Source of the DNA: Hormiphora californensis
Lineage: Eukaryota > Animalia > Ctenophora
Length of the DNA: 64,000 nucleotides
Direction of reading: 5' to 3'
Assembly (NCBI GenBank): GCA_020137815.1
Contig: CM035352.1
Span: 1,116,001 to 1,180,000 of the forward strand
In this document: positions 24,342 to 41,627 of the stretch, one piece after another
Position numbering within the stretch: the stretch's first letter is position 1
Layout: every line of letters starts with the position of its first letter
The notes under the pieces: generated by a model
What the model saw: only the letters and a program-made list of their open reading frames with translations
The model's database searches: none
Told to the model about the DNA's origin: nothing
Position numbers and translations under genes: made by a program

Positions 24342-27300
24342 ATGTACTACTACGTCTATTGGTAACAAAATTACCCCTCTACAGTAGTACAATGTACATC
24401 TGGGCATTGCGATAGTAAGGCACGTTTTAGCGTGCCCGCAAGGCAGCGGTAATTATTTTAGACGAGTTCAAAGGCCACGTCCCCTAAATTAACGGCACCC
24501 TCGGGGGAAGGGTTTTGTCCGTTAAATCGGGGTGTCCGCTAAATCGGGGTCAAATACTGTTAATTTTTAATATCGGGGGAAGATTATCCTGCCGTTAAAT
24601 CGGGGTGCCGTTAAATCGGGGTGCCGTTAAATCGGGGTCCGACTGTATATGCACTCTTGTCACTTTTGAGTCTCTCAAGATCAGAGCCCGTACCATGGTA
24701 TACTAATCATATAGCTTGGTGGACTATAGACGACGTACACTGACCAGTAACGCAATTACCCCTACATTGCGGGCACACTAAAGATTGTCATAACACCCGA
24801 TACCGCGATGCCTCAGGGGTAATTTCTTTACCAAACCTATGAGACGCGAGTGTAGTAGCCACTACACCACACGGCACACTGCCGTCGAAAATTAAAGTAC
24901 ATTATATCAGGGCTGGCTCCAGTCCGATATTTCCCTGGAGCCAGCCCTGCATTATATAGTATGATATGTAAATCCAACTCTTGTTCAGTTGAGGTAGTGA
25001 AAAAAGACGACACTACTCCGTTAACTACTGGATCTGATGTGCGGGAAGGTGAAGAAGTAGAAATAACGTGTACATTTACTGCGGCACAGGACGGTACTGC
25101 ATGTGAGACCCCGCAGATACAGATGGGCAGTGATGCTGCGACTGATTATTCAGGTATGAAGCCTATTAATGACATTAAGTACATAGTTAGTTTTCTTGTT
25201 GATGGATATATGTATTGTGCCATAGTGTGTCAATAACTAAAGCTATTTTATTTTCAGCTATGGTACCTTACACCCTGACTGATGTTGCAACTATACAATT
25301 TAGTTGTACCGCCACTAATGCTGATGCTAATGACGAACTCCAGCTCACCAGTAAGGAAACAAATCTATATATAATGTAATTGTTGTAGCCATCTAAATGA
25401 AATCTTGTTTCACTAGTTATATTTCAGTTAAATGTCAGGATCCAGGGACAAACGCAATGACTGCAGCGCTTTCGTATGATGAGAGTGCGAAGAAGATGAA
25501 ACTCGAATGTGATGCAACATCATCATGTGCCAATGCGGAAGTTTTTGAGGCGGCCGGAAAAGTTACAGCTGAAGGCAGCGCCGATAATCTCGTAGATGGC
25601 GGCACCGGTAACAGATTCACGATTACATATGCATCAAATGTTGCCGTAAACGCTGCTGATTTACCTGTTGCCGGCTACACGGGCACATGCACATATGGTG
25701 ATGATGAAAAGACTGTAACGTTTTGCCCTGAAACCCCTACAATCTCTTTTACTGATGCTGATGGTACTGCCATTACCCCAACAGCAAATGGGGATGCGTA
25801 AGTAACTGGATGTCTTGTGAACTGGGAAGTGGGGGAAATCAGCCTCATTTTCAAATTCTAGGTTGGATGAGATTTTTGAGATTCTCGGTTTTTGGGCACG
25901 TGAAACTTCTGACGGTAATTTGCGAATTTTTATCCAAACATTTAGGATAGAGAAAATCCTTGTGTTTTTACCGAAAATCAAAATTAAGAGTGGAAATGTT
26001 GTGTTCTAATGAAAAACTTAAAAAGAGGCTAAAATTATATTGACCTTGATCTAAGTGAGTTACTAAATTTTTGGATTTGACTAAGAAATATGACGATCGA
26101 GTATTGGCAGCCAAAGTCGTGCAATTTATCACAATTTCATTCAGCCAATACAACAATAGGGATCCCTAAAAAAGTTCAGTATTTACACAGAGTTTACACA
26201 GTCTTTACTCAGTCGTTACACCCAGAGCGCCCGCGCCGCTCTGGGTGTAACGACTGCGTCTTTCGCACTCGATTTGCAGCGTTTTCGGAAACTTTTTTCG
26301 CCGCAGCGCTCAATTTTGTCAATTGTGCAGCACACAATCCAATATTTTCTTGGAAAAAGCCACTGTGCGCAGCACGCGCCGCTCTGGGTGTAACGACTGA
26401 GTAAAGACTGTGTAAACTCTGTGTAAATACTGAACTTTTTTAGGGATCCCTATATAGGTGGGAACTGGGATGAGATCCTTGCACCCCCCCCCCCCCACTG
26501 AAATTTTTTCAGCAATTTGTCCTGAGTTGATAGATTTTAGCCGATGTACAGTGTACAATGTATTTAGGTGCCGGCAGGCACCTCCGACCCGAAGAAAACA
26601 GCAAAAAACGAAAAAAAGAAAAAAAATTTTTTGCCCTTGCACAAAAACCCAAAAATGCCGGCCCTATTAAGAACAAAGAAAGGTCTTTTTTTGGGGGGGG
26701 GGGGGGGGGGGCAAAAAACATGTCAACGATTGTGGCCACACCGTTTGAGATATCGACTTGAAATTTTGTAGGCATGTTCTTGTAGTATTCCTTTGTGTCA
26801 TGACGTTGGCGGATTTTTGAATTTTTAATTAATTAATTAATTATAGGTAATTAAAAATGGTGCAAGGGCACCGTGCCCTTGCACATTGCGTGTTCTGTCC
26901 CTTGCACCGCGCCCTTGCACCAAATTCTATTTTCCGTTCTGCTTAAAATATCGACTTGAAACTTTGTAGGAATGTTCTTCAATCATAAAAGATGATGTTC
27001 GAAAAGTGGGAATAGTCAAAATTAATTAATTAGTTAGTTAGAGCCGTGCAAAAAATGGAATTTGGTGCAAGGGCAGGCAATGTGCAAGGGCAAATGGTGC
27101 AAGGGCAGCCCTTGCACCAATTTTATGATCGAACTGTGTCCACACCGTTTAATATTTTGACACGAAACTTTCTATGCATGTTCTAGTAGCATAACTACGA
27201 GTACTAGAAGAGCCGTATGATTAATATATCAATTAGGTAATTAATTATAGGCAAATTAATCAAAATTTGCCCTTGCACAATTTGTGCAAATTTCCCCTGA

Positions 27301-29249
27301 ACATGTGCCCTTGCACCATTTTGTTTGCCCATGCACTAAATTATATTTTCCGTTATGCTTAAAATATCGACTTGAAACTTTCTAGGAATGTTCTTCATGC
27401 ATAAAACATATAATATAATCTACAGAAAGTGGGAATAGTCAAAATTAATTAATTAATTACTTAGAGATTAATTTTGGGGTGGCCCCTGCACAATTTTGGC
27501 AAATTTGATATTCAAACTTTGAGCCTTTGTGAAAGTAATGAAAATTATTTATTTCAGGTTATGATGAACAATAAGCTATAAAAACGCCCCTTTTTGTTAC
27601 ACAAGCCTGTGCTTGGTATCGAAGACACCTCACACTCTGTCGCCGGGCGACCTTCGCGTGCACACGCTGGCAAGGGGTAACTTCGTAACCAAAGCCTGTG
27701 CATTGTGCATAATGAAATGGATAAATTTTCATCCAGTTGCTGGCGATAGAACTCGATAGAGTTCGATTGATTTACCATGACAACGGAGTTGGTTACCATA
27801 CTAACCAGAGAATTCGTTGTAAAATAGTCCTTTCTTGCTATAAACTCGGCCTTTAGATAGAAAATTGATTTTATTCTACTCGCACTAATGCAAGGGCATT
27901 TCACAGTTTGGTGCCGTTATTTTTGTCTCTATTTTTAATAGGATTTTGGGATTAGACTGAAAGTATGGGATCATTTGAGAAGTAGTGAAGATTTGAAAAT
28001 GTTAGCAACTTGCCGGTGCGACAAACTAAACCCATATGATTCCAACTTCGGGTCGGACGAGGGGAAGCTTGCCTTTTGCGAACATAACAGTGTATGGTGT
28101 GTGTACATTGTACACACCATAAATTCGTCTGGAATGGTATTAATTTTAGTTGCTTTGTTCCCTGACCGCCCTGACCAGTGTAATGAATCCTTTCTCCCAC
28201 AGATTCACTGTGAAATGTGACTTCCTAGCCTGTACACACAAAACGTTTATGGTGAATGACGATGATAAGACTGGCGATCTTACAGCTGATGTGTATGTGC
28301 AGACTGGCGGAGTTCTAACCGAGACAGTATACAAGTGTATGAACGGTGATGATAAAGATGCGAGTAAGTAGTATAGTAGTGGTAAACTGTTAGTGTATAA
28401 AATGTAAAACACCAAATCAGTGCTGGCACACTTTCTAAAAGCAGCCATAGCCAGAAATTTCATTGTGTTCCAGAAATACCCCTTTATATCATGTGTGCAG
28501 TAACGCTTGATCGTCTTCAGCAACGAAGGTGACGTGCATGGATGGTATGAAGGTCCTGACATCTGTCGGTGGCGTATGCAAGACAACTCTAAAGCCAATA
28601 ATCTGCACAAAACACGATAACGGAACCTATGAGAAATCATGTGTAAGTTCAAGACATACCTGTCTGTTTCATCGTGTAATTTCATGGTCATTGTTTTGAG
28701 AACATTATAGATTGCCCAAAATCTCAGTCCCCGGTTCCGCCACCCCTGCCCTTAAAATCCTTGTTCAGACCTTGACGTGGGACCGGGGCAGGGGACACGC
28801 AATCAGTATTATATCTAATTGTTATATCTAATTGTTATATTTAATTGTTATATCTAATTAGTATACCTATTAACTCAGGAGGATCAGGATGCTTCAAATA
28901 CGGATAGCCAGTGCAGATGCCCCGCAAGCACACCCTACTACCACATTGCAGATGGTAATCACTAATAACAAACACAGTTAAATTGTTGTCGCACATATAG
29001 ATAAAGGTTGCAACATGAACTACCTGATAATTTCCCCTAATTAGTTGCACTTGCATTATAATTCATTTCATGATACGTGTTTAATTCAATTAGCTGAATC
29101 CAGGAGTTAAGTTTGAACACAAAAGTATATCTTGGTAGATGTCAATTGAAAAACTTCTTGTTTCAGGAACGTGCCAAGAGAAGTGTGGAGCTCGGGGCAT
29201 TTTCGTCTCCATGTTCCTCGTCTTAGCTGCTTTCATCCGATTCCTGTAA
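24342..29249 (+). CDS. Secreted, probably GPI-anchored cell-surface protein with three tandem Ig-like 4-Cys modules and a membrane-proximal Cys-rich (EGF-like) module
   Basis: Exons 24989-25153, 25258-25350, 25428-25797, 28203-28363, 28474-28499, 28879-28954, 29167-29249 join in frame with canonical sites. Motifs VREGEEVEITC and FSCTATN; C-terminus KCGARGIFVSMFLVLAAFIRFL* (GPI signal-like); AATAAA near 29374. Signal-peptide exon about 24342-24414 (..VVQCTSGHCD) needs indel correction. Confidence 0.8.
24481..24644. mobile_element. Partial Tc1/mariner-type MITE (CAGTCGGACCCCGATTTA family)
   Basis: Ends in gccgttaaatcggggtccgactg|ta; same family as 29440-29591 and 43667-43931. Confidence 0.8.
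24908..24949. mobile_element. 42-bp minimal hAT-like element with perfect 15-bp TIRs and an 8-bp TSD
   Basis: cattatat|CAGGGCTGGCTCCAG tccgatatttcc CTGGAGCCAGCCCTG|cattatat. Confidence 0.85.
26159..26450. mobile_element. TA-flanked palindromic MITE with about 70-bp TIRs
   Basis: ta|gggatccctaaaaaagttcagtatttacacagag ... ctctgtgtaaatactgaacttttttagggatccc|ta. Confidence 0.85.
26455..27500. repeat. Intronic repetitive element with about 200-bp subrepeats (atatcgacttgaaa..tgtagg.atgttct) and many cccttgcac motifs
   Basis: Subrepeats near 26750, 26946, 27150 and 27362. Confidence 0.6.
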
Positions 29250-29439
29250 TGTGGAGTTAACACACCATGTTTATACTGGAGTAAACTACCAGATATAATA
29301 TGTATATAGTTTGTACTAGATTACTGGCAAAGACAGAGAGACTGGGAGCGTTTATTTTAGTGTTGTTGTAATTAATAAACTCCGATTAGATTTATCAAAA
29401 AATGGAACATAATTGTTTTGGGGTACAGTTTACAAAGTA

Positions 29440-29591
29440 CAGTCGGACCCCGATTTACCGGGAGGATAAACTTCCACGATAGAAACAATCGGCGTCAAAA
29501 ACAGCAGTATTTGACCCCGATATACCGGGTACCCTGATTTACCGAGAAAACCCTTTCCCCCCGAGCATCCCGGTAAATCGGAGTCCGACTG
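29440..29591. mobile_element. Tc1/mariner-type MITE, TA TSD
   Basis: ta|cagtcggaccccgatttaccgg ... ccggtaaatcggagtccgactg|ta. Confidence 0.9.
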
Positions 29592-29749
29592 TATAACCAT
29601 CCTGAGATCATGAGACTGGAAGTGTTAGAATGCTCGCTGGAATCTGGATGATAGATCCTACGTGATTAAACTGGTGTACCATACCTCCCCTGTTTCCCCG
29701 TGGAAACAATAAATGTAAAGGAGGGTTAGAGCATAACAAACCACACCAT

Positions 29750-30330
29750 GGTAAATGAAATAATGTCCCGGCATGTTATAGTGGCTAGTAATCTCTCCTC
29801 TTACTCGCTAGGTCTCTGTCTGGCGGCGCCAGAACCCAATTTGATTCTAAAATGCGCTCAGATGGGGTCCATAGCACCTGTTTTAGCGCATGTTGAACGA
29901 AGTGTCTCATCAGAAACGTTCGTAAACTTGAAAGTAGGTGTTGTTTTCTGTTGATTACTGGTTTCCTGTGAAGGGGGCATATTCTCCTGTCGCTCTTTCT
30001 CCATGGCCTGGTAGTTCTTTTCAACTTTTCCTTTAAAAGCGTTCATAAATGCCTCAGCAAGGTCAGTATACTCGATGTTGCCAGGTACAACCACTGGTTT
30101 CTCCCTACCCAACAGGTTATTTGCAGTCTGCCACGTCCCACGAGGATCGTGTCGTTGTGCTTCCAGCTTTACACTTAACAGTAAAAAAGCCTTCCCTCAC
30201 CCTCTCAGTCTCTTTCTCCTGGTCTTTGGACTCCTGGAAAAGTTCAAGTAACTCCAACGGATTTGTAGATTTTCTCAGCTTAAACCTGTATTTTCTCTCT
30301 TTCCTTCTTCGTAACTTCTTCGCCATTTGA
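29750..30330 (-). mobile_element. Degenerate non-LTR retrotransposon (L2/CR1-like) ORF2 fragment, endonuclease-RT linker and start of RT
   Basis: Frameshifted, stop-containing translation RRRKERKYR...REGFF...TWQTANNLLGR..P...DLAEAFMNAFKGKVEK...FKFTNVS...MDPI matches the typical L2/CR1 linker pattern (RKxERxxR, LAxxFxxxFxxKV, FxxVS, DPI). Confidence 0.7.
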
Positions 30331-30336
30331 CATGTC

Positions 30337-30701
30337 AACCCAAACCCCAGCCAAAACCCCAACCCAAACCCAAACCCCAACCCAAACCCTAACCCCATAC
30401 CCTAACCCCACTTTATACTTTAGCACTAACCCTAAAAAACCCTAAAAAACCCTAAAAAACCGTTTGTCAGCCCTCACCAAACACGGGCGCCGTTACGATC
30501 TGGGTGTTTGGAGGCCTGTTTACAGGTGCGCACTGCCAAAAAAGTTGATTCACTAAAATGGCTCTAAATCTGGTAGGGAATGTCAAGGCCTAACCCCAAC
30601 CCAAATCCCAACCCTAAGTCCTAACCCTAACTCTACTTTAGCCCTAACCCTAAAAAACCGTTTGTCAGCACTCCCAAAACACCCAGATTTTAACGCTGGC
30701 C
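30337..30701 (+). repeat. Two tandem copies of a TIR-bearing element carrying degenerate telomere-like (CCCTAA) arrays
   Basis: aaccctaacc/aaccctaaaa arrays at 30337-30462 and 30589-30659, each followed by aaaccgtttgtcagc; inverted ends gttacgatctgggtgtttggag / ctcccaaaacacccagattttaac; related sequence at 56443-56487. Confidence 0.7.
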
Positions 30702-31189
30702 GATTATAATCGCGCCCGCCCACGCATGCCAAGCATGGCAACATCATAAACTCAGCGGCAGCGCTTTTACTATTTTTGTCGCGCGTTCCATTTTGCGTCC
30801 CAGTTTCGATTTTACTTGTTGAGGCTGGGGGAAAAAAGTTGTCGCGTGCGCGCGTCGAGGAAAAAAAGTTGTCGTTAAAATTTGACATGTTGAAAAATTT
30901 TCAATAAAATTTGAAAATCACTGTCTCATCTCTCGCTGCTGATGCATATTCCACCTTGGTATGGGCTAAATTCTTCATACATGTACCCCCCCTGGGAGTG
31001 GCCCTGGAGTGTCAAGATTTAGGTCCACCGTCCCATGACCCCATCGGGATTTGTCATTTGCGGTTTGCGGGAGCTCTGCCGGCTGTACCTTGACCTCGTT
31101 TTAGGGTTCCATCCCACTCCCCAATACTGAAGAAATGTCAATTAAATTAAAAAAGCACAATTTCGAAACAAAACACATTTTTTAAGCCG

Positions 31190-37180
<5,991 letters not shown>

Positions 37181-37804
37181 AAGAGTCGCCTGACACTGTG
37201 TCCGTTAAATGAACAATTCGGGAGAAGAGAGACTTGTATCATCTATATCTCTCTTTCCCCCTTCTCATTATCTATTATTCCCGCATATGTAATACGATCT
37301 TGATATATACCCATTGAAGGGATATCCAAGAAGCAACATATTAGCTTCATCTCTTTCTTTTGTATAGGGGTGGCTTTGATCATGTTCTTATTATTATGTA
37401 CTATGATTAAGTGCATTAATTTTCCCACCAGGTGTTAACAGCACAGTGCCCGTTTTCGTGTGCTTTTGTATTTTATCTGGAGGATTATATTTCCGAGTAC
37501 GATGTACCTACATCAACATGTTATTCTTCGCCTTGCATTATATGCTGTGTTTATCTTTGCAAAACTATGTGATATTGGTTAGGGACTGTATAGTAATTGT
37601 TGAGCCTCTGGTGGCCGAATCGTTATGCCTGATCATGTGTAACAAGACAACACGTTTTCATGAGCGAATATTCGCGAATGGGGTCGTGGAGGCTGGAACT
37701 AATATGTAGGAAAATAATGTGAGCAGTTTTGGACGCGGCGGCAAAAATTACACTGTAAATAATATAATACTTAGGAATTTATAGGCTAGACCTAAACCTC
37801 TACT

Positions 37805-37966
<162 letters not shown>

Positions 37967-38812
37967 CTTTCTCCCTCGCTCTCTCTTTCTCTCTCACGCC
38001 ATCTTTATCGCTCTTGATTTCTCCCCTTCCTCACACATATTTTCCTTTTATGTGGCCATTATATAATTGCCGTTTGACTCTCTGGAGTGCAGCAGTAGGG
38101 CCTTCCCCGGATAGTAGGCTATAGTTGCATTGCTAAGCTGGTTCTAATAACAACTTTGAAGTCATCTGATATTAATTAATATTATTTCTTCAATATATAC
38201 CATGCGTATTTGTCAAGTTGTCATGAGCGAATGATTTTTCAAAAATTCATATATAGGACGGAGTCTTTATCTTAGTTCAGAGAACCGTTAGAATGTATAA
38301 CTCCTCACGGCTCCAAGTCTCTATCTTGCCAGGGCCTGGATCGAATTAGGGAGGCAACTGGAATGAGCTGCTCGTAGGAGCATTCCCACGAGTGCTCATG
38401 ACTCATAAGCATGACACTGTTGTACGATACGTATTTACAATACGGAACCAAATGTATACCCATTGCTTAAAATCGTTGGCAGATTGGGAATGGCGAGGCC
38501 AATAATTGCCAAATCGAAAATTTCAAATATTTTACATTTTCGATTCCTCCCACTTCCGTCCAGTCATGTCAACAACAGCTTACAATCCTACCCACCCCCG
38601 TAGCGGTAGAGTGTCACGTGATGTTTCAGTTCAATGAAACTGCCACTTGACGCCAATCATTCTTATTGCTACATTTCAGGAAATTTGACAAATCTCTCCA
38701 CGTCAAATTCCAAACAATCGGAGCCGGTGTAAGAGCGGTGAGAGTTCCCCAAAAGGGAAAAGCAACGTGATTTTACAGATAGAGCGGCAAAGAATTCATA
38801 TGTCAGCCGAGG

Positions 38813-38890
<78 letters not shown>

Positions 38891-38919
38891 GAGAGAGAGA
38901 GAGAGAGTCTGGGAGAGAT

Positions 38920-38982
<63 letters not shown>

Positions 38983-40638
38983 ATGATCAGGGAGAGAACG
39001 AAAATGAGAGGGAGAGATCAGGAGAACAGAAAAACAGAGCTCTATTATTATATTTATAGAAAGAGAGGGGGAGGGAGAGAAAGAGGGGGTGGGGGTCAGA
39101 GTCGGTCGTCTCGGGAATATCTGCTTCTCAACGGCAAGCACACACCAAATTGCAATCAGGGAGGACGTTTCGTACCCGACCGCGACCCCACCACCATCTT
39201 GAAAATGTTGTAGTATAATGTACAGATCACCTGTCTGTATCAAATGTGTGTGTCTGTCTGTCTTCATTGATAATGCTATGACATCACATTATTTATGATG
39301 CTTGTGTTTAATCCTAATTCTCTCTTGACAGCTTTTTCCAGTCCAACTCGAAAGCTGCACTACCAGCAAATTACTACTGATCAAGATCTTTATGAAGTTG
39401 ATCAAGTATGATCAGTTTGTACGCACTCTTACGCAAAACCAAATATTGAAAACGCTTCTGCACTAAAGCTTTCCATGATAAGTCGTAACTAAAAGTAAAA
39501 AATATAATCAATGATCACACAAACGTTTTGTTCTACAGCTTGCCAGTATGACGTTATTTTGTATTTTTAGACAAATATTTTATGACGCAAGTAAGGTGTT
39601 TTACTAATCGAGCAAGCTGTGCAAATGCTATCTAGTACTTGGCGGTATATTAATCGAGAAAGTATCTTCCATTGGATATAAAAGCTTCAACTTTCCGTCA
39701 CTCCGTCAGTTAGATAGTATTTGCACACTCAACACTGCACTGTAAAGGTACTGTACCCGCTCCTTTGAACTCTTTTACAATTTGTGCATTTGGATTGATT
39801 TTTTATCGCGTCGAGCTCCGTTGAGATAAAATTATCTTCCTGTTATGATTATAGCAGGAATATTAAAAAATATTGTTACTAAAAAATTACTACAATTATC
39901 AAGAAGTCCAATACAAAGGCCAAAGGGTTGATCATTGATCATTGATCTACCGATTCTACCGAACCCTCATAAAGAGAAATAAAATGACGATGTTATCATT
40001 ATTCCTTCTCGGTCCCAATTTCATTTTTTTCATTTTTGTTTTTTGAATCTCATTCTCAGTGCGCTCAGGTCAGATTAGTGCCACTACACCTGTCAGGCTT
40101 GGCCACATTGATGCCCTGTCTGGCGCCGCGACCCATCTGAGCGCACTGTCAATCAAATGGGGTATGGCGCCGCTCATACAGTTGATGCCTGAGTGAGATC
40201 GCGCAGCGACCGAGATCGATCTCACATAGGATAGGTTGCAATGGAGCCAACTGTCAGGCGAATGCTCTGACAGCGCCAATTGCCAAACAGGGCAAACAGA
40301 TCCTTCCGGAGTATTTTTTATAGGTTCACATCCTTTCTTATCTGAGCGATTACTATTCATCAAACAGTATTTTAAATTATCGTGCTTCTGCAGAATTCTG
40401 AACCAATGGGCCAAAGATTAATGAAATCTACCCCGGCCCTAATTGTTCTATGCACGGTGCATTGCACCGAGATTTCAGATTATGCAAAAGTTCAGATATT
40501 CTGCAGATTGGTTGTTGATTGGTACGTGATAGACAAGATAAGAAATTATTCATCATCGAGCTGATTCAATTCAAAAAGGGAAAGAGAATAATTCATATGC
40601 AGGTGTTCTTTTACAGCGAGAGAAAGAAAGTAGGGAGG

Positions 40639-40771
<133 letters not shown>

Positions 40772-41098
40772 CAAAGAGAGGAAAATCCACATACGTGCTC
40801 CAATTTCAGCCATATAGAATTCTCGCCCTTATGGGCATGTGTGTGCATGATAACGTACTGCTAAGTTGCTGGCCCCGCTACCGCCTACCCCCGTGAGAAG
40901 TTAATTTTACCCTATATACTAGTTTTTTATCAATCAACATCACTCCATTAATTTTTACCTTCCCCTTTCGGTCTTTTATATTCGCACCGTTATATTTGGT
41001 AACTCTAACTTTGAATTTCGACATGCTCCATTGACTTTGGTCGTAAAACTCGTATTTCAATAATTATTAATAATCTATAATATCAGCAGCCGAGCTTC

Positions 41099-41165
41099 TT
41101 GGTTACGAAGTCACCCCTGTTATTATATTGCATATGGGTTTGCGAAGGGGTAATTTCATTACCAA
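41099..41165. mobile_element. 67-bp TIR element (TTGG...CCAA) with a 9-bp TSD; further copies at 62403-62459 and about 24745-24834, fragment at 27673-27692
   Basis: ccgagcttc|ttggttacgaagtcacccct ... aggggtaatttcattaccaa|ccgagcttc. Confidence 0.8.
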
Positions 41166-41627
41166 CCGAGCTTCTTCAGTGGTCTATCAGTATAATATCA
41201 ATATCAATATATGATTAATATGATATGCACAGTTCGTAGTGTCTGAGGCCTTTATTTCGAAATACAGGCCTCTGATTGGCTCGGGCACCAGCACCAAAAA
41301 GGATCAAAAATGAATGGGCTCAAGCCCAAACTTCCCGATAAGATAAAAAGCTAATTTCGCAGAATTCCGGTTGCGTTGGATTCGTCTTGAAAAGGTGATT
41401 CAGAAAAGCTTCGTTCTCCTAGGGGGTTTCAGACCACAGTCAGATCCTAACAGCTACAGTTCTGTGTCTTTTTATTTTGCTTTTAGCTTCGTTGATTCCC
41501 CAATCCCCCATTTGTGTGTGTGAGTCTCTGGATTATTCAAGATTCTGTACCAACATAACATTTTAGGTATTTTATCTTGGGTTGATACTTTTCAATAAAC
41601 CACAGATCCAACTAGCGGGTTTACGAT

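Noticed and set aside
24836-24880. tRNA or tRNA-derived SINE head on the minus strand (TGGTGTAGTGG A-box)
   Set aside because: No B-box, T-arm or acceptor stem could be completed; interrupted by a small TIR element
26455-28748. Possible large TIR element capturing two exons of the GPI gene (ggtgggaactgggatgagat versus atctcagtccccggttccgccacc)
   Set aside because: The match is short and gapped with no TSD; two independent remnants are more parsimonious
30970-31137. Telomerase RNA on the minus strand (G-rich P1-like strand followed by AACCCTAA)
   Set aside because: No U-rich/A-rich triple-helix pseudoknot, CR4/5 or H/ACA boxes could be found, and the template-like 8-mer can arise by chance
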